DNA of 64,000 nt from Thermoproteota archaeon. GTDB lineage: Archaea; Thermoproteota; Nitrososphaeria; Nitrososphaerales; Nitrososphaeraceae. Of the stretch, positions 57,240 to 64,000 are shown piece by piece. The first letter of the stretch is position 1, and each line of letters begins with the position of its first letter. A program made the position numbers and the translations under genes. The stretch is taken from the NCBI GenBank assembly GCA_046724555.1, contig JBKOWU010000017.1, positions 229-64,228 on the forward strand, in the 5' to 3' direction. The notes under the pieces were generated by a model, which made no database searches, had not been told where the DNA came from, and was given only the letters and a program-made list of their open reading frames with translations.

Positions 57240-57610
57240 GCTATATTCCAGCAGTATTTTACATAAATTAATATATAAGCTTAAAAAAGATAACAATTTA
57301 AAGGCATAAAACAAAATCTGGAGCATTAACTCGTGATTTTTTATTGATGGCATACCGTCTTTCAGCAAAAACAATGTATCTTGTGATATAATCTCCTTTG
57401 TATTCATTAACAAATTTATGCACCAAATAACATTGAAAAATAAAAAAATTTAATAGAGTATAAAAATATAACATCTATTGAACACCTTCTAACATAAGGA
57501 TGACCAGATAAGACCGACATATGTGACGCAAAATTATTTTTTTATGATATAACATATTTTTGAGGAAAATTTCAAACAAACTATAATAGGACGCATAAGA
57601 TCAATGCTGT

Positions 57611-58657
57611 ATGCACTTAAAAGAAAGTGTAGACTTACGTATTTGTCTCTTCTCCGTCATAGCAACAGCCTTAATTCTAGGACTCAGCAACGCATTTCAA
57701 TTGTCACCCAATACTCATGCACAACCAGCACCACTAAAGGTAGCATTTGTGACTGATGGCAAATTCAGTGATGGAGGATGGGGGGCGGCTGGTTTTAACG
57801 GTATGCAAGCACTAGTAAAAAAATACCATATAGATCTTAAAACAGCAGATGGCGTGGCAATACCCGATACTGAAAATACGCTAAGAGGATATGGTGATAC
57901 TGGCTTTAATTTAATTATTGCTCAAGGTTTTCAATGGGGAGATCCTGCAATTAAAGTTGCACCGGATTATCCAGATGCAAAATTTGTAATTATGACTGGA
58001 CTTGTTAAAGCTACTAATGTAGCTTCAATATTTCCAATGCAGCAAGAAGGATCATTTCTCTTAGGATCGCTTGCCGCAATGATGTCTAAAACAGGGACAA
58101 TAGGTTTTGTTGGCGGACAGGAGTATCCCAACGTTGTTAATATTGTTGAGGGCTACAAGCAAGGTGCAAAATACATAAATCCAAAGATAAAAATACTTAC
58201 TTCGTACGTTGGCGAGTGGAATAATCCTGCAAAGGGTAAAGAAACAGCACTCGCTCAAATAAATTCTGGTTCGGATTTCCTGCTTCACGTTGCAGATACC
58301 TCTGGACATGGTGTCATTGACGCGGCAAAAGACAAGGGTATTTATGCATTTGGTGCTGTATCAGACCAAAATAGATTGGCGCCAAATGCAGTGCTTACTT
58401 CTTTTGTATTAGACATGGATAAGGCGTATGATCAAGCTTATACACAAGCTAAAAATGGTCAATTCAAAGGAGAAATATCCAAGCCGGGATTAGAACCATC
58501 CAAGGGTGCTCCTGGTGATGGCATAGTGTATTTAGCACCATTTCATGATTTGGATAGTAAAGTGCCTCAGAATGTAAAAACTAAATTAACTCAATTGACT
58601 CAGGATATTATCAATAAAAAGATTACAGTTCCAGAAAGAACTACGGCCACTCCTTGA
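57611..58657 (+). CDS. BMP-family (PnrA/Med-like) ABC substrate-binding lipoprotein
   Basis: A signal anchor is followed by KVAFVTDGKFSDGGWGAAGFNG ... IGFVGGQEYPNVVNIVEGYKQGAKYINP ... GAVSDQ, typical of basic-membrane-protein nucleoside/purine binders. Confidence 0.88.
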   Translation: MHLKESVDLRICLFSVIATALILGLSNAFQLSPNTHAQPAPLKVAFVTDGKFSDGGWGAAGFNGMQALVKKYHIDLKTADGVAIPDTENTLRGYGDTGFNLIIAQGFQWGDPAIKVAPDYPDAKFVIMTGLVKATNVASIFPMQQEGSFLLGSLAAMMSKTGTIGFVGGQEYPNVVNIVEGYKQGAKYINPKIKILTSYVGEWNNPAKGKETALAQINSGSDFLLHVADTSGHGVIDAAKDKGIYAFGAVSDQNRLAPNAVLTSFVLDMDKAYDQAYTQAKNGQFKGEISKPGLEPSKGAPGDGIVYLAPFHDLDSKVPQNVKTKLTQLTQDIINKKITVPERTTATP

Positions 58658-58676
58658 TTTTTTTGATCCATACGAA

Positions 58677-60326
58677 ATGAATCATGAAACATCGGCGATT
58701 TCAAACATAACAACGAAATATTTTAGAAAATTCAAGAGGGATAATGCTCTTGAGCAAGTAGATCATCAGACGGGTACTCCGTCAAGCATTGAGCATGATG
58801 GAGATCGGCTTGTCATTATGAAAGGAATTAGCTGTAGGTTTGGTGAGTTGATGGCAAATGACAACGTCAACTTTGATTTGATGAAAGGCGAGATTCATGC
58901 ACTTCTTGGTGAAAATGGAGCCGGAAAAACAACATTAATGAGCATATTATATGGCATGTATCAACCAACCTCAGGAAATATTTACGTGAGGGGAAATCGT
59001 GTTGCAATTAAGTCGCCTTTACATGCTATTGATCTTGGGATTTCAATGGTACATCAACACTTCTTATTGACTCCGCCTCATACCGTTACTGAAAATATAA
59101 TTGTGGGGTTAAAAACGAATAGAAGGATTTTCTTAGATACACAAAACGCTGAGAAAAAGATTCTATCACTATCCAATAAATATGGGCTTGAGGTAAATCC
59201 TAATGCAATTGTTGGCAATTTATCTGTAGGTGAGCAGCAACGTGTCGAAATAATAAAAGCTCTCTACAGAGATGTAGATGTACTAATTCTTGATGAGCCG
59301 ACTGGAATGCTTACGCCTAAGGAGGAAGAAGCATTATTTGTAGTGTTAAAATCGATGGTAAAGCAAGGCTTGTCTATTATATTTATAACTCATAAGCTAA
59401 GAGAAGTGATGGAAGTAAGTGACAGAGTTACCGTCTTAAGGAACGGTAAAGTTATTGGCACAGTTAAAACAACTGATACTAGTGAGACAGAACTGGCAAG
59501 AATGATGATAGGAAGATCGTTTGTTAACCAGACCAGTATAGAAAGTTCAGCAAATAACCAATCTGATACAATTCTCGAGTTAAAGAATGTGTATGCGGCA
59601 AATAATTCAAATGTATTATTTATTAAAGACCTTTCTCTTGAGTTGCATAAAGGAGAAATTTTAGGTATAGCAGGAGTAGATGGCAACGGTCAAAGTGAAC
59701 TTGCTGAATTGATATCAGGTTTGAGGAAAATGCGCAGCGGACAAATTATCATGGATTCCAAACCTATTGAAAACATCTCTCCAAAACATATTCGAGAATG
59801 GGGTCTAGCTTATGTGCCTGAAGATCGCCTTCACACTGGGCTAATTTTGGAATACACTATTGCAGAAAATTTGGTTCTTGATAGATGGTACGCTGAACCT
59901 TATTCGGGGAAATTATTCTTGAAGAAGCATGAAATGAAAGAATTCGCAGAAAAGATGATCTCCGATTTTGATATAAAAATAACTGGATTAAGCGCTTCGG
60001 TCAGATCAATGTCTGGGGGCAATTTACAAAAAATTGTTCTTGCAAGAGAGCTGTCAAGAAATCCTAAAGTCCTGGTTGTCCACAATCCAACTAGAGGCTT
60101 AGATATAGGTGCTACAGAATATGTTCATAGACAGTTAATTAAACAAAGGGACAATGGAGTAGGGGTCTTGTTGTTGTCGCTCGATCTAGATGAAATCCTC
60201 TCTATTAGTGACAGAATAGGAGTAATATATGAAGGTAAAATAGTTACAATTGTCGAAAGAGAAAAAGCTGATGTCGATCAGTTGGGTCTTTTAATGGGCG
60301 GTAAAGTAGCAGAGTCCAATTTATGA
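58677..60326 (+). CDS. ABC transporter ATPase, duplicated ATP-binding cassette (CUT2/nucleoside type)
   Basis: Cassette 1 has GENGAGKTT, LSVGEQQRVEI and LILDEPT. Cassette 2 has GVDGNGQSEL, MSGGNLQKIVLAR and a degenerate Walker B. The N-terminal ~45 aa may not be translated. Confidence 0.9.
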   Translation: MNHETSAISNITTKYFRKFKRDNALEQVDHQTGTPSSIEHDGDRLVIMKGISCRFGELMANDNVNFDLMKGEIHALLGENGAGKTTLMSILYGMYQPTSGNIYVRGNRVAIKSPLHAIDLGISMVHQHFLLTPPHTVTENIIVGLKTNRRIFLDTQNAEKKILSLSNKYGLEVNPNAIVGNLSVGEQQRVEIIKALYRDVDVLILDEPTGMLTPKEEEALFVVLKSMVKQGLSIIFITHKLREVMEVSDRVTVLRNGKVIGTVKTTDTSETELARMMIGRSFVNQTSIESSANNQSDTILELKNVYAANNSNVLFIKDLSLELHKGEILGIAGVDGNGQSELAELISGLRKMRSGQIIMDSKPIENISPKHIREWGLAYVPEDRLHTGLILEYTIAENLVLDRWYAEPYSGKLFLKKHEMKEFAEKMISDFDIKITGLSASVRSMSGGNLQKIVLARELSRNPKVLVVHNPTRGLDIGATEYVHRQLIKQRDNGVGVLLLSLDLDEILSISDRIGVIYEGKIVTIVEREKADVDQLGLLMGGKVAESNL

Positions 60327-61399
60327 GAGGATCAAACAGTTTAAAAATGAAAGTCGAATTGCAAAAAAAACGACCGAAACTCTTGTCCTTTGCCCCATAC
60401 ATGTCCGCTGGTTTCGCTTTTCTGATAGGTGCAGTAATACTTTCTTTTTCTGGTATTGATCCAATAGTTGCTTACGGCGTCATGCTAAAAGGAGCTTTTG
60501 GAAACATGCGGGGCATAGCGGACACACTTGTCAAAACTACCCCGTTACTTCTAACAGGATTAGGAGTAGCATTAGCATTTAAGTGTAGAATATGGAATAT
60601 AGGTGCAGAAGGACAGCTCTACATGGGTGCACTGGGCGCTGCTTTAGCAGGTATCTCAGCGATCGGTGCAGTGCCAATAGTAGGCGTTACTGTTGCTTTA
60701 ATTATTGGATTTATTTTCGGAGCTTCTATTGGATTGGTACCGGCTTTACTTAAAGTCAAGCTTGGAGTCAACGAAATAATTGTTACTGTTTTATTGAACT
60801 TTATTGTGCTTCTCTTTATTACCTATTTATTACATGGGCCTATAAAAGCTCCTGGCTTTAACCCATACAGTCCTGAAATTTTTCCTCAGTCACAGCTGCC
60901 TATTATACTACCTCATACTCGTCTGCATGCGGGGATAATCATTGCCGCATTAGCGACCATCGCAACGCACTTACTGTTATCTAAAACCAAAATTGGCTTT
61001 GAGATTAAGAGTGTTGGCGCAAATATCAAGGCTGCTAGATATGCTGGCATGAATGTTTCTAAGAGTATACTGGTAGTTATGGGAATTAGCGGCGGGCTTG
61101 CTGGACTAGCCGGTGCAGTCCTAGTAACAGGTGTACAGCGCTATTTAATCGAAGGAATTTCTCCAGGATATGGTTTTATAGCAGTAATAGTAGCGTTGCT
61201 GGGTAGACAACATCCTATAGGCGTAGCAATAGTGGCATTTTTCTTCGCTGCTCTTATTTCGGGATCTGAGGTAATGTATAGAACATTGGGTATACCCAGC
61301 TCTTTTGCTACGACACTCCAGGCATTAGTGCTGATTTTTGTTCTCATAGGCGAATTATTTACTCGTCTTCCAGTTACAAAAAGGGGAGGCGTCATATAA
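60323..61399 (+). CDS. ABC transporter permease (BMP/CUT2 system, first subunit)
   Basis: A 358-aa polytopic protein. Its start overlaps the ATPase stop by 4 bp (ATGA). Confidence 0.88.
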   Translation: MRGSNSLKMKVELQKKRPKLLSFAPYMSAGFAFLIGAVILSFSGIDPIVAYGVMLKGAFGNMRGIADTLVKTTPLLLTGLGVALAFKCRIWNIGAEGQLYMGALGAALAGISAIGAVPIVGVTVALIIGFIFGASIGLVPALLKVKLGVNEIIVTVLLNFIVLLFITYLLHGPIKAPGFNPYSPEIFPQSQLPIILPHTRLHAGIIIAALATIATHLLLSKTKIGFEIKSVGANIKAARYAGMNVSKSILVVMGISGGLAGLAGAVLVTGVQRYLIEGISPGYGFIAVIVALLGRQHPIGVAIVAFFFAALISGSEVMYRTLGIPSSFATTLQALVLIFVLIGELFTRLPVTKRGGVI

Positions 61400-61401
61400 A
61401 G

Positions 61402-62334
61402 CTGGTAGAATCTGATTTTATAATAGGTATAGTAGTATCGGGAATTCGTCTGAGTACACCTGTCATTTTTGCGGCCCTTGGAGAAACAATAGCTGAACGC
61501 GCAGGAGTATTAAATCTAGGGTTAGAAGGAATGATGTTGATGGGAGCATTTGGTGGTTTTATTGGAACTTATTTTACGGGAAATGTGTTTGTGGGTTTAT
61601 TATTGGCAATTTTCGGTCCGGCCTTAATGGCTATCTTAATGGCATTCATGAGTGTAACTCTACGAACTAATCAACTAGTCGCAGGATTGGCAATATGGCT
61701 CTTGGGTGTCGGATTAACAGCTTTGCTATTTAGATTAGCATTTGGAGTTGTAACAATAGCACCTAAAATAAATCAGGTTCCTGGCATAGACATTCCATTT
61801 CTAAGTCACATACCGATAATTGGCTCAGCAATATTTCGATACGATCCTTTTGTTTATTTGGCATTTTTACTAGTCCCGCTTATTCATATTTTTCTATTTA
61901 AGACAAGTCTAGGTTTGAGAATTAGAACTGTAGGAGAAAACCCCAGGCAAGCAGATGCATTAGGAGTAAACGTTTACAAAATACGTTATTTTGCAGTTAT
62001 GATAGGAGGCGTGCTTGCTGGTTTAGCCGGGTCGTACTTTGCTCTGGTCACAACAGGTTACTTTTTAGAAAATATTACTGCAGGTCAGGGATGGATTGCA
62101 CTTGCTGTAGTCATATTTGGTAGATGGAAACCGTTCTATGTATTATTGGGAGGTTTAACATTTGGATTCGTGGATGCCTTCCAATTAGGCCTGCAAGCTG
62201 TAGGAACTGCAGTCCCATCCCAATTTCTATTAATGCTTCCATATTTGATACCAATTGCAATATTGGCAGGAATGTATAAGAAAACTGCTGCACCAGCCGC
62301 ATTGGCTATACCATATAAAAGAGGAGAAAGATAA
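61402..62334 (+). CDS. ABC transporter permease (second subunit); start codon unresolved
   Basis: The conserved N-terminus (...GIRLSTPVIFAALGETIAERAGVLNLGLEGMMLMGAF) lies upstream of the first ATG (61531). Between the upstream stop (61276..61278) and 61531 the frame has no ATG/GTG/TTG, only ATA 61396 and CTG 61402. Confidence 0.8.
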   Translation: MVESDFIIGIVVSGIRLSTPVIFAALGETIAERAGVLNLGLEGMMLMGAFGGFIGTYFTGNVFVGLLLAIFGPALMAILMAFMSVTLRTNQLVAGLAIWLLGVGLTALLFRLAFGVVTIAPKINQVPGIDIPFLSHIPIIGSAIFRYDPFVYLAFLLVPLIHIFLFKTSLGLRIRTVGENPRQADALGVNVYKIRYFAVMIGGVLAGLAGSYFALVTTGYFLENITAGQGWIALAVVIFGRWKPFYVLLGGLTFGFVDAFQLGLQAVGTAVPSQFLLMLPYLIPIAILAGMYKKTAAPAALAIPYKRGER

Positions 62335-62488
62335 ATCTATTATATGACGAGCACAGAGGTCACTTATGTAATACGATTTATCCATGTAGAGCGTAATGAC
62401 AATAATAGAAGACTTCACTGATGATAACATTACTATGGATTATAAATCCTCTTATATATCCAGATACTGATATTTTATTATAAATTCG

Positions 62489-64000
62489 TTGACCATCGAT
62501 ACCCATGAGACTCATAGTGATGAAAAGACCGATGTATTGTATGGTATAGATAATGCTATTAATTTACTAATTAGTATTGTTTCTGGTGCAAAGACTATCT
62601 TATATGCTTGTATAGATTCTTCAGCCTCACAAGTAGACATGGGCAAGGTTGAGTTAATAAGAAAGACGATCCTGGATGCAAAAAATAGAGGAGTAAAGCT
62701 AAGATATGTTACAGAAATTACGAAGGATAACATACAATACTGGAAAGACTTAATGAAAATAATTGATGAACTTCGACATTTAGAAGGAGTTAAAGGCAAT
62801 TTTGCAACAAATGGAACTCAATATATAGATATTGCACTCCTACAACAGGCCAAGCCAGTAGTACAGATTATCTACAGTAATGTAAAAGCAGTAGTAGATC
62901 AGAATCTATATCTATTTGGAACTCTATGGGATAAAGCAACTCCAGCTGAACAGAAAATCAGAGAAATAGAAGAAGGAGTAAAGCAAGAATATTTTAAAGT
63001 TATTACTGATCACGAACAAGTGAGTAAGATCCTTGTTGAATTAGCCAAATCTGTAAAGCAAGAGGCGTTACTTGTTCTTCCAAACGACAGATCGATGGTG
63101 AGGTTAGACAGATTAGGAGTTATTGACTACACTATAAATGCATCACAAACAAATAGTGCAGATATAAGGATCATATGTCCACTATCTGAACTAAATTCCA
63201 GGGTTGTTAAAAAAATATTTGACAAAGCGCCTAACATCAAAATTCTTAATGGCATCAATTCTCCATATGGTATCTATATAGTTGATGGTCAAAAGTTTCT
63301 AAGAGTAGAGATGAGAGTAGCAGAGGCTGAAATTTTTTCAGAAGCGATTGGCTTAGCCTTTTACTCTAATAGCATACAAAGTACGGAATCATTTAAATCG
63401 ATATTTGAATTGCTTTGGAATGAGCGCACACTAAACGAAGAATTACGTAGAGCAGAGAAAATGCAAAAAGAGTTTATTAATATAGCAAGCCATGAAATAA
63501 AAACACCTACCCAAGCAATTTTGGGATATTCTGCGCTATTACAAAAGCATCCTGATAAAACAGAGCAAATATCAAAAGCACTATGCAGAAATGCTAAAAG
63601 ATTACAAAAGCTCACAGATGACATTTTAGACGTGTCACGAATTGAAAGTCAAGCGTTGAAACTAAACAAAGAACAATTTAATCTAAATGATGTAATCTCT
63701 CACATTGTAGAGGATTTTAGAAGTAATATAGAGGAGAAAGAATCTGGCAATATTGAATTAATTTATGAAGCCATCAAAAACAACAACGACCATTATAACG
63801 ATCTTTTGGTAGAGGCAGATAAAGCAAGAATAACACAGGTAATATCCAATCTATTAAGTAATGCTATTAAACATACTAAAGAAAGAGGGGGCGTGATATC
63901 TGTTGCTGCGGCAGTACAACAACCGATGGAAAATAATAGCGATAATGAAGTTATTGTTGTCAGTATAAAGGATACAGGCGAGGGTATAGATGCTGATATC
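62489..64000 (+). CDS. sensor histidine kinase with ~300-aa uncharacterised N-terminal domain (partial; runs off the right edge)
   Basis: The frame is open from TTG 62489 to the window end (504 codons). It has the H-box ASHEIKTPTQAILGYSALL, N-box-like ITQVISNLLSNAIKHT and ...KDTGEGIDADI. It is not in the ORF track because no stop falls within the window. Confidence 0.8.
   Translation, partial: MTIDTHETHSDEKTDVLYGIDNAINLLISIVSGAKTILYACIDSSASQVDMGKVELIRKTILDAKNRGVKLRYVTEITKDNIQYWKDLMKIIDELRHLEGVKGNFATNGTQYIDIALLQQAKPVVQIIYSNVKAVVDQNLYLFGTLWDKATPAEQKIREIEEGVKQEYFKVITDHEQVSKILVELAKSVKQEALLVLPNDRSMVRLDRLGVIDYTINASQTNSADIRIICPLSELNSRVVKKIFDKAPNIKILNGINSPYGIYIVDGQKFLRVEMRVAEAEIFSEAIGLAFYSNSIQSTESFKSIFELLWNERTLNEELRRAEKMQKEFINIASHEIKTPTQAILGYSALLQKHPDKTEQISKALCRNAKRLQKLTDDILDVSRIESQALKLNKEQFNLNDVISHIVEDFRSNIEEKESGNIELIYEAIKNNNDHYNDLLVEADKARITQVISNLLSNAIKHTKERGGVISVAAAVQQPMENNSDNEVIVVSIKDTGEGIDADI

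Noticed and set aside
57240-57413. 58-codon N-terminal extension of the fdrA ORF, as listed to 57413.
   Set aside because: The extension is hydrophobic and Leu/Phe/Tyr-rich, lies in very AT-rich promoter-like DNA, and has no counterpart in FdrA proteins. The TTG at 57239 gives an N-terminus that aligns with the E. coli FdrA start.
62512-63624. Minus-strand ORFs 62512..62799 and 63361..63624.
   Set aside because: They lie antisense to a 504-codon open frame encoding a histidine kinase with a clear H-box and ATPase motifs.
1-64000. Search for CRISPR arrays, rRNA genes, IS elements with inverted repeats, and known defence-system genes.
   Set aside because: I noticed no regularly spaced direct repeats, no rRNA-like GC-rich blocks, no transposase motifs (DDE, HUH, serine recombinase), and no helicase/nuclease/ATPase islands. 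This was a scan by eye, so short or degenerate repeats could have been missed.

Overview
The window is AT-rich (roughly one-third G+C by eye, not computed) and archaeal. Informational genes include a group II chaperonin (thermosome), RFC small subunit, the RIO kinase/KH-domain/DUF424 cluster, ValRS, a QueC/QueD cluster and an Nre-like protein. There is also a tRNA-Trp carrying two introns. Alongside these are cupredoxin-like and PsbP-like secreted proteins, orphan histidine kinases, universal stress proteins and unusually long non-coding spacers. Taken together this fits a Nitrososphaeria (Thaumarchaeota) ammonia-oxidiser-type chromosome, possibly a soil lineage such as Nitrosocosmicus; that assignment is inference only. 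Most of the window is ordinary core or accessory chromosome. Two loci stand out. (1) 52.0-62.3 kb holds an FdrA/DUF1116/DUF2877 (E. coli allFGH-like, oxamate carbamoyltransferase-type) operon with a carbamate kinase and an unlisted mini-ORF. It is divergently paired with a complete BMP-family ABC importer and followed by a sensor kinase. (2) 40.2-43.6 kb holds an arginase-family ureohydrolase translationally coupled (ATGA overlap) to an orphan urease-gamma (UreA)-like protein. It faces a sodium:solute symporter across a spacer that carries three copies of a 14-nt motif. Both loci look like routes that release urea, ammonia or carbamoyl phosphate from organic nitrogen. Gene decay is also visible: an O-methyltransferase relic, a thioredoxin-reductase-like relic, and two genes interrupted by in-frame stops. 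No CRISPR array, rRNA or clear transposase was seen. All family calls rest on motif recognition by eye; no searches were run.
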